Source: Bacillota bacterium | GTDB taxonomy: Bacteria; Bacillota; Clostridia; Lachnospirales; Lachnospiraceae | Direction: 5' to 3' | DNA: 41,706 nt | Assembly (NCBI GenBank): GCA_023424235.1 | Contig: JAFAEB010000211.1 | Span: 1 to 41,706, forward strand | Part shown: piece by piece, positions 23,128 through 32,837 of the stretch | Layout: each line of letters starts with the position of its first letter | Numbering within the stretch: position 1 is the first letter of the stretch | Position numbers and translations under genes: made by a program | Notes under the pieces: generated by a model | Seen by the model: the letters and a program-made list of their open reading frames with translations, nothing else | Databases searched by the model: none | What the model was told of the DNA's origin: nothing

Positions 23128-23143
23128 TGTTTCACGTGAAACA
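23128..23143. promoter_or_regulatory. parS: parS site 4
   Basis: Perfect TGTTTCACGTGAAACA. Confidence 0.95.
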
Positions 23144-23242
23144 TTATTTGATCAAATATGACATTGACTATAGATATATATAAATAATAATGATATAATA
23201 GATTAGTCACTCATATCCAAAATAGAAAAGGGGGATAAGTAT

Positions 23243-24004
23243 ATGGGACGTATTATAGCTGTAGCTAACCAAAAAGGTGGTGTTGGAAAGACAACAACAT
23301 CGATTAATTTATCTGCCTGTTTAGCAGAAAAAAACAAAAAAGTACTGGTTGTCGATATAGATCCACAAGTTAATACATCTAGCGGCTTAGGTGTTGATAA
23401 AAATAATATAGAAAACACAATTTATCAATTAATTATTGGACAATGTTCCATAGCAGATTGTATTATACCAGAAATTTTTGAAAATCTGTCTATCTTACCT
23501 TCTAATGTTAATTTGGCGGGTGCCGAAATTGAATTAATTGGTGTAGATGAGAAAGAATACATATTAAAAAATGAAATAGAAAAAATAAGAGATCTTTTTG
23601 ATTACATTATTATTGATTGTCCTCCATCTTTAAATACACTTACTGTAAATGCTATGACTACCGCCGATACAGTACTTGTACCAATTCAATGTGAATATTA
23701 TGCATTAGAAGGACTAACACAGTTAATTCATACAATTAATCTAGTTAAGCAGAGATTAAATCCTGATCTAGAGATTGAAGGTGTTGTGTTTACTATGTAT
23801 GATGCACGTACCAATTTATCACTACAAGTTGTTGAAAATGTGAAATCAAATCTAAAGCAAAATATATACAAGTCTATTATTCCAAGAAATGTTAGATTAG
23901 CAGAATCACCAAGTCATGGATTACCAATTAATATATATGAGCCAAGATCAGCAGGTGCAGAGGCATATAGAGAATTAGCGGATGAAGTAATTGATAGAGA
24001 ATAA
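23243..24004 (+). CDS. parA: Chromosome partitioning ATPase ParA/Soj
   Basis: ANQKGGVGKTT deviant Walker A, IIDCPPSL, IPRNVRLAE. Confidence 0.98.
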   Translation: MGRIIAVANQKGGVGKTTTSINLSACLAEKNKKVLVVDIDPQVNTSSGLGVDKNNIENTIYQLIIGQCSIADCIIPEIFENLSILPSNVNLAGAEIELIGVDEKEYILKNEIEKIRDLFDYIIIDCPPSLNTLTVNAMTTADTVLVPIQCEYYALEGLTQLIHTINLVKQRLNPDLEIEGVVFTMYDARTNLSLQVVENVKSNLKQNIYKSIIPRNVRLAESPSHGLPINIYEPRSAGAEAYRELADEVIDRE

Positions 24005-24066
24005 TTCATGGACAAGTTATTGTGATGATTATATTATATAAAAATGTTTGAAAGGATAATATACAT

Positions 24067-24963
24067 ATGGCAGTTTCGAAAAGAGGTTTAGGTAAAGGAT
24101 TAGATTCTATGATTCCAGATAAAATTGATAAAACCAATAAATCAGAATCCATAAAATCGAATGATAATGTTTCACATGAAACATTACTAAATATAAATGA
24201 AATAGAACCAAATAAAGAGCAACCTAGAAAGAATTTTGATGAGGATGCATTGCAAGAACTAGCAGAGTCTATTAAACAGTTTGGAGTAATTCAACCAATT
24301 ATTGTACAGAAAAAAGGTAAGATCCATGTAATTATAGCAGGTGAAAGACGTTGGAGAGCAGCAAGACTTGCTGGATTAAAGAAGGTTCCTGTAATTATAA
24401 AAGATTATAGTCCTAAAGAAATTATGGAGATCGCGTTAATAGAAAACATTCAACGTGAAGATCTTAATCCAATTGAAGAAGCAATGGCTTTTCAAAATTT
24501 AATAAAAGAATTTAACTTAAAGCAAGATGAAGTGGCTGAACGAGTTAGTAAAAGTAGAGTAGCAGTAACAAACTCAATGAGATTATTAAAATTAGATCAG
24601 AGAGTTCAACAGATGCTTATTGATGGAATGTTAACGAGTGGACATGCTAGGACCTTATTAAGTATTGAAGACAATGAGTTACAATATCAAGTAGCAATGA
24701 AAGTATTTGATGGTAAATTAAGTGTAAGAGAAACTGAAAAATTAATAAAAGACCTAGCGAAAGTTGATGCTGCAAAAGATGAAGTGGCAGTTACAACAAG
24801 TGATGTAGTAATATATCGTGATCTTGAAGAAAGAATGAAAAAAATTATTGGATCTAAGGTTAATATCAAGAAAAAAGCAAACAATAATGGTCGAATCGAA
24901 ATTGAATATTATTCAACTGAAGAATTAGAAAGAATTATAGAATTAATTGAGTCCATAGGATAA
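24067..24963 (+). CDS. parB: Chromosome partitioning protein ParB/Spo0J
   Basis: RGLGKGL, QPRK, AGERRWRA, ENIQREDLNPIEEA. Confidence 0.98.
   Translation: MAVSKRGLGKGLDSMIPDKIDKTNKSESIKSNDNVSHETLLNINEIEPNKEQPRKNFDEDALQELAESIKQFGVIQPIIVQKKGKIHVIIAGERRWRAARLAGLKKVPVIIKDYSPKEIMEIALIENIQREDLNPIEEAMAFQNLIKEFNLKQDEVAERVSKSRVAVTNSMRLLKLDQRVQQMLIDGMLTSGHARTLLSIEDNELQYQVAMKVFDGKLSVRETEKLIKDLAKVDAAKDEVAVTTSDVVIYRDLEERMKKIIGSKVNIKKKANNNGRIEIEYYSTEELERIIELIESIG
24168..24183. promoter_or_regulatory. parS: parS site 5, inside parB
   Basis: TGTTTCACATGAAACA, one mismatch. Confidence 0.8.
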
Positions 24964-24965
24964 AA

Positions 24966-24981
24966 TGTTTCACGTGAAACA
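24966..24981. promoter_or_regulatory. parS: parS site 6, immediately after the parB stop
   Basis: Perfect TGTTTCACGTGAAACA. Confidence 0.95.
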
Positions 24982-25014
24982 TATATAGAATACAAATTGA
25001 TAAGGAGAGTTGTT

Positions 25015-25545
25015 ATGGATTTTTTTCAAAATATTTTGGGAATCGATATAGGGCATGATGTTTTAGTATATATTGTTCTTGGACTAGCTATTTTTAGCTT
25101 AATTCTATTTATATTTAGTATGGTTGCTCTCGCTAAGATCCGTAAACTAAATAAAAAGTATAATGCATTTATGGCAGGTGCTGATGGTAAAACTTTAGAG
25201 AGTCAGTTTGCTACAAAATTTGCAGAAGTAGATCAGTTAAAATTAGAAAATAAAAAAGTTATTAAACGTATTGAGAAGATAACAGAAAATCTTTTAATTA
25301 CATACCAAAAGATCGGTATAGTAAAGTATGATGCATTTAAAGAAATGGGCGGTAAGTTAAGTTTTGCTATGGCATTATTAAATGATAATAATGATGGTTT
25401 CATTATTAACTCCATGCATTCTAGTAGAGAAGGTTGCTATACCTATGTAAAAGAAATTATAAAAGGTGAAGCTTTTGTTGTTTTAGCGGAAGAAGAAAAG
25501 TTAGCACTAGAAGAAGCAAAGAAAAAGAAAAATTATATGGAATAA
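25015..25545 (+). CDS. DUF4446-like membrane-anchored protein (start set at ATG 25015)
   Basis: Single TM, KIGIVKYDAFKEMGGKLSF, YTYVKEI; typical clostridial gene after parB; AAGGAG RBS. Confidence 0.8.
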   Translation: MDFFQNILGIDIGHDVLVYIVLGLAIFSLILFIFSMVALAKIRKLNKKYNAFMAGADGKTLESQFATKFAEVDQLKLENKKVIKRIEKITENLLITYQKIGIVKYDAFKEMGGKLSFAMALLNDNNDGFIINSMHSSREGCYTYVKEIIKGEAFVVLAEEEKLALEEAKKKKNYME

Positions 25546-25615
25546 GCCTTAATAAGATATCTTGAAAATGACACGTAAATTACTTTATTGGTGAATGTAA
25601 ATCCATATACTTAAT

Positions 25616-25652
25616 AGAAAAGAAAGACCATTTAGCTGGTCTTTCTTCTTTT
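25616..25652. terminator. Bidirectional terminator between convergent genes
   Basis: AGAAAGACCA / TGGTCTTTCT stem with A- and T-rich flanks. Confidence 0.7.
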
Positions 25653-25696
25653 ATTGTAGGATATTTATTGTGGGTGATATTAAAATCTTATATCAG

Positions 25697-28303
25697 TTAT
25701 TTTGTATACTCTTTTCCATAGAATGCTTGCATATAGATTTCTTCTAATTCAGATACTAAAGGTAAACGAGGATTTGCTGTTGTACATTGATCTCCGAATG
25801 CAAGATCCGCTAAGGTACCTACTTTTGATAAGAAATCTTTCTCATCAAGTCCATACTCTTTTAAAGTTGCAGGTATTTCAAGGTAAGCGTTTAGTTTTTC
25901 AACTTCACTTGCTAACATTTCTACTGCATCATCATTATTCTTTGGTTTAAATCCTAATTTATTCATTAAGGAGAAGATTTTATCTCCAACAATATAGTTT
26001 TCATATTTTGGCCAGGAAGTAAACTTAGTTGGGCAAGATGTTCCATTGTAGCGAATTACATGAGGTAATAAAATTGCATTTGCACAACCATGAGGTACAT
26101 GATACTCACCACCTAATTTATGCGCTAAGGAGTGGTTAATTCCAAGGAATGCATTTGTAAATGCCATACCAGCGATTGTAGATGCATTATGCATTTTTTC
26201 ACGGGCAACAGGGTCATTTGCACCAAACTCAAAGGATCTCTTAAGGTATGTGAATACCATTTCAATTGCATGAATAGAAAGTGCATCTGTGTAATCAGAA
26301 GCTAAAACTGAAACATAAGCTTCAATTGCATGAGTCAATACATCTAAACCAGTCCATGCAGTGCTTTGCTTTGGAACAGACATAACAAACTCTGGGTCAA
26401 TAATAGCAACATCAGGTGTTAGTTCATAATCAGCAAGTGGATATTTTTTATTCTCAGTCTTATCAGAAATTACAGCAAAGGAAGTTACTTCAGATCCAGT
26501 ACCAGAGGTTGTTGGTATTGCAACTAATTGTGCCTTCTTACCTAATTGAGGGAATTTATAAGCTCTCTTTCTAATATCTAAGAATTTTAGTGACATGTTC
26601 TTAAAGTCAGCGCTTGGATCTTCATAGAATAACCACATACCCTTAGCAGCGTCAATTGCAGAGCCACCTCCTAGTGCAATTATAACATCAGGTTTGAATT
26701 GATTCATTAATTCAACACCTTTCATGATTGTTTCTAATGATGGATCTGGCTCAACTTGATCAAAGATTTCACAGTGAACATACTCTTCACGTTTTCTTAA
26801 TTGATAAAGTACTTTATTCACATATCCTAATTTAGTCATAGCTGGGTCTGTAACAATAAATGCTTTACTTATATTAGGCATTTTAGCTAGGTATGCAGTG
26901 GAACCAGCTTCAAAATAAATTTTACTTGGGACTTTAAACCATTGCATATTATTTCTCCTCTTAGCTACTCGTTTAACATTTACAAGATCCACAGCTGATA
27001 CATTATGAGTTGTAGAATTACCGCCATAAGATCCACAGCCAAGTGTTAGGGAAGGCATATTGGTGTTATATAAGTCACCGATTGCTCCGTGAGTTGATGG
27101 GGAATTAATAATAATACGTCCTGTTTTCATTCGATTAGAGAACTCTTGAACAACATTGTTGTCAGTGGAGTGAAGTACAGATGAATGACCCATACCACCG
27201 TTAGCAAGCATTTTTTCACATAATCTTAAACCATCTTCAACATCTTTTGCTTTTGTCACTGCAAGTACTGGAGATAATTTTTCGATAGATAATGGATAAT
27301 CTCTACCTACTCCATCTAATTCAGTACATAATATCTTTGTATTTTTTGGAACTGTAAATCCAGCAAGCTCAGCAATTTTCTCTGGGGATTGACCTACAAT
27401 TGCAGGGTTTACAGATAATTTTTCTAAATTAATTACAACCGGTTCAAGCTTCTTAATTTCTTCCTTACTAGCGAAATAACATCCAGCTTTTTTCATTAAT
27501 TCAATTACTTCTTTATATACTGGTGCTTCGATAATTGCTGCTTGCTCAGAAGCACAAATCATACCATTATCAAAGGATTTAGATAATACTAAGTCGTTAA
27601 CAGCTCTTTTTAATACAGCAGTTTTTTCAATAAAACATGGTACGTTACCAGGTCCAACTCCAAGAGCTGGTTTTCCAGATGAATATGCAGCTTTAACCAT
27701 TCCAGGTCCACCAGTTGCAAGAATACAAGCCACTCCAGGGTGATTCATTAATAGAGAAGTTGCTTCTACTGAAGGATACTCAATCCATTGAACACAATTT
27801 TTTGGAGCACCAGCTTTAACGGCTGCATCTAATAGAATTTTAGCTGCTTTTGCACTACATTGTTGTGCGCTTGGGTGAAAACCAAAAATAATTGGGTTTC
27901 TAGTTTTAATACAGGATAAAATTTTAAACATTGTTGTAGAAGTAGGATTGGTAACAGGGGTTACACCAGCAACAATACCGATTGGTTCAGCAACCATCAT
28001 ATAATCTTCTTCTTCATTATCTTCTATAATACCAACAGTTTTTTGATATTTGATTGAGTGCCAGATAAATTCAGTAGCAAATATATTTTTTGTAATTTTG
28101 TCTTCGTAGATACCTCTTCCAGTTTCTTCAACTGCCATTTTAGCAAGTAATTGTTGGTTTGCTAAACCTGCTAATGCCATTTCATGAACTATATTATCAA
28201 TTTTTTCTTGGTCATAAGTCATAAATTCCTTTAATGCAACTTTTGCATTTAAAACTAATGCATCAACATGTTCTTGTGGTGTTGGTTTTTTGATTTCTCC
28301 CAT
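25697..28303 (-). CDS. adhE: Bifunctional acetaldehyde-CoA/alcohol dehydrogenase
   Basis: ALDH domain (ATGGPGMV, GMICASEQ), linker LGCGSYGGNS, Fe-ADH domain (GGGSAID, TTSGTGSE, HSLAH, PHG). Confidence 0.98.
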   Translation of the reverse strand: MGEIKKPTPQEHVDALVLNAKVALKEFMTYDQEKIDNIVHEMALAGLANQQLLAKMAVEETGRGIYEDKITKNIFATEFIWHSIKYQKTVGIIEDNEEEDYMMVAEPIGIVAGVTPVTNPTSTTMFKILSCIKTRNPIIFGFHPSAQQCSAKAAKILLDAAVKAGAPKNCVQWIEYPSVEATSLLMNHPGVACILATGGPGMVKAAYSSGKPALGVGPGNVPCFIEKTAVLKRAVNDLVLSKSFDNGMICASEQAAIIEAPVYKEVIELMKKAGCYFASKEEIKKLEPVVINLEKLSVNPAIVGQSPEKIAELAGFTVPKNTKILCTELDGVGRDYPLSIEKLSPVLAVTKAKDVEDGLRLCEKMLANGGMGHSSVLHSTDNNVVQEFSNRMKTGRIIINSPSTHGAIGDLYNTNMPSLTLGCGSYGGNSTTHNVSAVDLVNVKRVAKRRNNMQWFKVPSKIYFEAGSTAYLAKMPNISKAFIVTDPAMTKLGYVNKVLYQLRKREEYVHCEIFDQVEPDPSLETIMKGVELMNQFKPDVIIALGGGSAIDAAKGMWLFYEDPSADFKNMSLKFLDIRKRAYKFPQLGKKAQLVAIPTTSGTGSEVTSFAVISDKTENKKYPLADYELTPDVAIIDPEFVMSVPKQSTAWTGLDVLTHAIEAYVSVLASDYTDALSIHAIEMVFTYLKRSFEFGANDPVAREKMHNASTIAGMAFTNAFLGINHSLAHKLGGEYHVPHGCANAILLPHVIRYNGTSCPTKFTSWPKYENYIVGDKIFSLMNKLGFKPKNNDDAVEMLASEVEKLNAYLEIPATLKEYGLDEKDFLSKVGTLADLAFGDQCTTANPRLPLVSELEEIYMQAFYGKEYTK

Positions 28304-28325
28304 AATAATATCCTCCTATAATTAA

Positions 28326-28343
28326 ATGTTAAATTATTAACAA
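28326..28343. promoter_or_regulatory. Rex operator in the adhE leader
   Basis: ATGTTAA-ATTA-TTAACAA fits clostridial Rex motif TTGTTAA-N4-TTAACAA; second copy GCGTTAA-AATA-TTAACAA at 28533-28550. Confidence 0.8.
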
Positions 28344-28370
28344 ATTTATTTATATCAACTTCATACCTAG

Positions 28371-28399
28371 ACTATAACAAATAATATTTTAATTGTCAA
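28371..28399 (-). promoter_or_regulatory. sigmaA promoter of adhE
   Basis: TTGACA (28399-28394), 17 bp, TG-extended TATAGT (28376-28371). Confidence 0.8.
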
Positions 28400-28655
28400 A
28401 CATATTTTTATGTATTTCATACAAATAAACGTACAATTTTTATGCAATATTATCATATTAATATACATAATTAACAACTAAAAATTTGTAAAAACCTATG
28501 GTACAAGGTGAAAATTTAGCAAAAAATACAATGCGTTAAAATATTAACAATATAAATATGTTATAATTAGATAATATATTGACAGAAATGTGATGTTGAA
28601 TTATTGTAGTATTAGGTGCCTTTTTATCACCTAATGTGGAATGTGAGGGATTCAT

Positions 28656-29720
28656 ATGAGAAGAATATTATTAAATTCAATTAAGGGAAATGAATTGCTT
28701 GCGAAAGATGTAATAAGTGAAAATGGACTTATTATCATGACAAAAGGCAGCGTTGTTAAAAAAGATTATATACCTAAGTTCATAAGTTTAGGTATATATG
28801 ATATATACATAGAAGATGAACTATCTAAAGGAATACAGATAGATGATAACATTGAGGATATCATAAAGGAACAATGCCAAGATATCGTGAAAGAAATAAT
28901 AGATAAGTATTCTTATCAAGGGTATGGTGAACTTGAAGAAATAAAAGAAGTTGCTGAAGAAATTATTTCTGATATCTTAAAACAGCCGGAAGTTATGTTT
29001 TCTATCTCAGGTATTAGACGTAAAAGTGAGAGTATTTATTCACATAGTATTAATGTTTGTGCATTATCGGTCTTGTTATCGTTACGTATGAAATTACAAC
29101 GTGCTAAAGTAAGAGATATTGCAATAGGGAGTTTATTACATGATATAGGATATAATTCAATAACATTTGATTACTTAGATCGTGAAGTTAATGATTTTAC
29201 AAAACAAGAAAAGAAAGAGCTAATGAAGCATGTAATCCATGGCTATACCTCTGTAGTAAAAGAAGACTGGCTTACACCTTTAGCAAAAGAAATTATATTA
29301 TGCCATCATGAAAGATTAGATGGTTCAGGCTACCCCTTTCGTAAGTCAGAGGATAGAATTAAAATCGGAAGTAAGATTGTGTCTGTGTGCGATGTGTTTG
29401 ATAGTCATGTTTATGGCTTTTTAGTTCCTAAAATGAAAGTACATGATACAATTAATTATATAATAAGCCAAGCAGGTGTAAAATTTGATTTTAATGTAGT
29501 TAATTACTTTATGGAATCAGTAGCTGCTTATCCTAATGGAACTATTGTTATAACAAATGAAAAGGAAACAGGTATTGTATTAAGGCAAAATGTAAAATGT
29601 CCAACAAGACCTGTAATTCGCATTATTAAAGATAGACAAGGAAATAAGGTAACGAAATGGGTTGAAAAAGATTTAAATAAGGAATTAACTTTATTTATAA
29701 GGGATACCGTTGACATGTAA
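28656..29720 (+). CDS. HD-GYP domain phosphodiesterase
   Basis: HSINV, LLHDIG, HHERLDGSGYP, VCDVFD. Confidence 0.9.
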   Translation: MRRILLNSIKGNELLAKDVISENGLIIMTKGSVVKKDYIPKFISLGIYDIYIEDELSKGIQIDDNIEDIIKEQCQDIVKEIIDKYSYQGYGELEEIKEVAEEIISDILKQPEVMFSISGIRRKSESIYSHSINVCALSVLLSLRMKLQRAKVRDIAIGSLLHDIGYNSITFDYLDREVNDFTKQEKKELMKHVIHGYTSVVKEDWLTPLAKEIILCHHERLDGSGYPFRKSEDRIKIGSKIVSVCDVFDSHVYGFLVPKMKVHDTINYIISQAGVKFDFNVVNYFMESVAAYPNGTIVITNEKETGIVLRQNVKCPTRPVIRIIKDRQGNKVTKWVEKDLNKELTLFIRDTVDM

Positions 29721-29964
29721 ATTTATTTGGTCATACCATTTTCAATATTAACACTTGATATAATCAAGTTATTCTACTTCCTATATCTATATAGTAGTAT
29801 GAAAAATAGTAAGGAGTTGTATAAGTAGAACAAATTAGGAAATATTGATTAAGGTATTTTATATTTAAAATAGGATAAGTATAATATTATTCTATAAAAA
29901 ATAATATTTCTTGCTAGTTTGTAAAAAATGTGATATAAGTATATGATATACGTTTTGTTTTAAT

Positions 29965-30195
29965 AAAGTAATTCATAAAGAAAAATGAAGTGATGAGAAA
30001 AAAATTGAGTCATGAGAAAATTAAATTAATCATGAGAAATAAATGAAGTCATGAGAAAATGAATTAAATCATTAGAAATAAATGAAGTCATGAGAAAATA
30101 AATGAAGTCATGAGAAAATGAATTAATTCATTAGAAATAAATGAAGTCATGAGAAAATAAATGAAGTCACAAAAAATAAATTAAGTCATGGATAA
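29965..30195. repeat. 19-20 bp tandem repeat, about 12 units, with 59-bp higher-order period
   Basis: Consensus AAATAAATGAAGTCATGAG; TCAT cores at 30010, 30030, 30049, 30069, 30088, 30108, 30128, 30147, 30186. Confidence 0.9.
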
Positions 30196-30253
30196 TAAAA
30201 TAATCCATATACTTAAATTAATAAATTTAAGGTTAGTTAGGTGGTGAGTGATT

Positions 30254-31174
30254 GTGCATAGTTATTTAAGAGCAATCGGATTTAGTAATATTAATGATAG
30301 AACTGAGTTGGAGAGATTATTTGGCATAATCATAGAACAACCAACAGATAAAAATATATGTCAGTTACTAAGTAAAAAAGAATTTGTAGAAATAAATAAA
30401 AAGTTCTCAAAGAATATGGGTATTGTATTAAGAGGGGAAATAGATGAGAATGGAAAGTTCTATTTAGAACATTATTTTCCTTACTTAAAAAGTAATTTTC
30501 TTAGTACAAAGGAAGAGACTTCTATTATAAAGAGAGTAGATACTGAGGCTTATACAGGCATGTGTGATGATATTCGTTTAGGTGTTTCACTAATATTTTA
30601 TTTACAAAATGTTATAGACTACTTAAGTGAAGGTAAGACACAAAAAACGGAATTAAGCGATGTTTCCTTCCGTACAAAGGGAGGATTGCCTTTACCAGTA
30701 TATTTATCAGCCTTATCTTTGTCTGGTAAAATACTTCTTCCAATCGAACATGATGAAAAGTTAGCTAAAAGTAATAGTGCTGATATTCAATATCGTAGAC
30801 AATTGATTGCAGAAGCGAAAAAGGGAAATCAAGAAGCAATTGATAGCTTGACTATTGATGATATTGATATGTATGCCATGATCTCAAGAAGGGCAAAATT
30901 CGAAGATCTCTACACGATTGTTGAGAATTCCTTTACACCTTATGGTTCAGAATCGGATAATTACACAGTACTTGGTACCATATTAGATGTAGATACTGAG
31001 ACCAATGAAATGACAGGTGAAGAGATGTATAGTCTTACAATAAGTTGTAACGATCTTACTTTCCAAATTGGTATAAATAAAGCAGATTTATTAGGAGAAC
31101 CATTAATAGGTAGAAGATTTAAGGGAAATATCTGGTTGCAAGGAAATATTGATTTTATTGCAAATAAATATTAG
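30254..31174 (+). CDS. DUF3881-like conserved hypothetical protein (probable GTG start 30254)
   Basis: MHSYLRAIGFS N-terminus and GRRFKGNIWLQG C-terminus, recalled from a Lachnospiraceae family; AGGTGGTGA RBS. Confidence 0.7.
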   Translation: MHSYLRAIGFSNINDRTELERLFGIIIEQPTDKNICQLLSKKEFVEINKKFSKNMGIVLRGEIDENGKFYLEHYFPYLKSNFLSTKEETSIIKRVDTEAYTGMCDDIRLGVSLIFYLQNVIDYLSEGKTQKTELSDVSFRTKGGLPLPVYLSALSLSGKILLPIEHDEKLAKSNSADIQYRRQLIAEAKKGNQEAIDSLTIDDIDMYAMISRRAKFEDLYTIVENSFTPYGSESDNYTVLGTILDVDTETNEMTGEEMYSLTISCNDLTFQIGINKADLLGEPLIGRRFKGNIWLQGNIDFIANKY

Positions 31175-31182
31175 ATTAGAGG

Positions 31183-31211
31183 TTGACGAAAGCAAAAAAA
31201 AGAAGTAGAAT
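31183..31211 (+). promoter_or_regulatory. sigmaA promoter of tRNA-Arg
   Basis: TTGACG, 17 bp, TAGAAT. Confidence 0.8.
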
Positions 31212-31233
31212 ATTGTTGCTTTCAAAATTATTA

Positions 31234-31307
31234 GTTCCTATAGCTCAGTAGGATAGAGCGACCGCCTCCTAAGCGGTAGGCCGCTGGTTCGACTCCAGTT
31301 AGGAACG
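31234..31307 (+). tRNA. tRNA-Arg (CCT), CCA not encoded
   Basis: GTTCCTA/TAGGAAC acceptor stem, ACCGC-CTCCTAA-GCGGT anticodon arm, GGTTCGACTCC T arm. Confidence 0.96.
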
Positions 31308-31309
31308 TT

Positions 31310-31352
31310 AAATAAGCTGTAACAAGAATATCTTGTTACAGCTTATTTTTTT
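31310..31352. terminator. Bidirectional terminator between tRNA-Arg and the carboxypeptidase gene
   Basis: AAATAAGCTGTAACAAGA / TCTTGTTACAGCTTATTT perfect stem. Confidence 0.85.
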
Positions 31353-31364
31353 ACATTTCTTATA

Positions 31365-32837
31365 TTAAAAGTCTATTGAAGTACTTTTTCTTTTAGCTCT
31401 CTTTTGCTTGTAAGTATTTCTTCTTTTTTGATAAGGTATCTCAACGAATATAATATATAAGCCTGCAAGTAAAACAACAACTCCTACACTTACGCCAATT
31501 ATAATCGCTTTCTTATTACTTGTAGGTGCTTTAACATCCTCATTGATAGCATTGGTTGCATCAGCTACAATCGTAGGTTTTGGTATATAAGATCCCTTTA
31601 ATAAAGGAATATCACTATTAAAATTATAGGTTATATCAGTAGAACCAATAAAAATATTATTATAGGTATAATTAATTTTACCGATAGTATTTATATCTTC
31701 TGTTAAATCTGTAAGAGGGATTAATATAACTTCTTTATTAACCTCATTAAAGGAAGCGTTTTTTGGTAGCACAACATTACCTTCGCCTCCTACCTGTAAT
31801 CTACCATTGCTTGTACTAAATAAAGGGCTGTATTTAGTAAATAACGTGGATTCAAAAGCACTGCTTTCATCGTTACCGTTAATATCGGAGATATTATATA
31901 AGGAAAAGTTATCAAAACCGAAATTAAGTAGTGCCTGAGTATCTTGATATTCATTTGTTATACTATCACAACGTAAAATAACACTTACTAAGGTCATTCC
32001 ATTACGTTCCGCAAAGGTTACAAGGGTATATTTGGCTTTTGTCGTATAACCAGTTTTACCACCAATTGCTCCCTCAAATTGATTTCTATTTTTAATAAAT
32101 CGATGTGAATTAGCAAGGTACCTTGTTTCTTCTTGAACATTAGTTGGAGGTATCGTATAAACGCGTGTATTTGTAATTTTACGGAAGGTTTCATTTTGAA
32201 TAGCAGCGCGTGCAATCAAAGCCATATCATAAGCAGTAGTAACATGGTTATCATTTGGTAAGCCATGTGGATTAACAAAATTAGAATTAAGAGCACCTAA
32301 GGATTTAGCCTTTTCGTTCATTAATTTTGCAAAGGAGTCCACATCTCCAGCAATGTGTTCAGCCACAGCATAAGAAACCTCGTTCGCTGATTCTAGCATA
32401 ATACCATATAAGCTTTGTTCCATAGTCAATTGTTCACCTACATCAATACCTATACGGCTACTATCAAGATCTACATCAAAAATAGCCTTTTTAGAATGAG
32501 TAACTGTTTCACCTAATGATGAATTTTCAATTGCTATAAGACTAGTTAAAACTTTAGTTATACTTGCTGGAAAGTGTTTATTATGAATATTTTTTGCATA
32601 TAAAATAGTACCAGTAGAAGCTTCCATTACAATAGCAGCCTCTGAATTCACTAGTGGCTTATTATCAAGGTTATAGTAAGTAACACTGTCTTCACTATTA
32701 ACAGTGTTTATGGAACTTATAGTTTCATTGTTGATTATTTCAGTATTTAGATTAGTATTTATATTAGTTGCAAAAGCAATGCTTGTCTGATTAAATAGTA
32801 GGCAAATGGAGCTTAATAATATTAATATCTTCTTCAT
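31365..32837 (-). CDS. D-alanyl-D-alanine carboxypeptidase (peptidase S11) with C-terminal membrane anchor
   Basis: Signal peptide, PASITK (SxxK), SAN (SxN), NPHGL, GKTGYT, C-terminal TM plus basic tail. Confidence 0.93.
   Translation of the reverse strand: MKKILILLSSICLLFNQTSIAFATNINTNLNTEIINNETISSINTVNSEDSVTYYNLDNKPLVNSEAAIVMEASTGTILYAKNIHNKHFPASITKVLTSLIAIENSSLGETVTHSKKAIFDVDLDSSRIGIDVGEQLTMEQSLYGIMLESANEVSYAVAEHIAGDVDSFAKLMNEKAKSLGALNSNFVNPHGLPNDNHVTTAYDMALIARAAIQNETFRKITNTRVYTIPPTNVQEETRYLANSHRFIKNRNQFEGAIGGKTGYTTKAKYTLVTFAERNGMTLVSVILRCDSITNEYQDTQALLNFGFDNFSLYNISDINGNDESSAFESTLFTKYSPLFSTSNGRLQVGGEGNVVLPKNASFNEVNKEVILIPLTDLTEDINTIGKINYTYNNIFIGSTDITYNFNSDIPLLKGSYIPKPTIVADATNAINEDVKAPTSNKKAIIIGVSVGVVVLLAGLYIIFVEIPYQKRRNTYKQKRAKRKSTSIDF

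Noticed and set aside
22786..23143. Palindromic repeats with spacers as a CRISPR array
   Set aside because: Repeats are 16-bp parS sites, spacers are 135-175 bp and mutually homologous, and there are no cas genes
28560..28655. c-di-GMP riboswitch upstream of the HD-GYP gene
   Set aside because: No recognisable GEMM-type motif, only a short hairpin. An Infernal scan would settle it.
29965..30195. Repeat as mini-CRISPR or peptide-coding region
   Set aside because: No spacers, unit length varies between 19 and 20 bp, frequent stop codons
31234..31365. tRNA-Arg as integration site of a genomic island
   Set aside because: No integrase and no duplicated tRNA 3' end seen in the window
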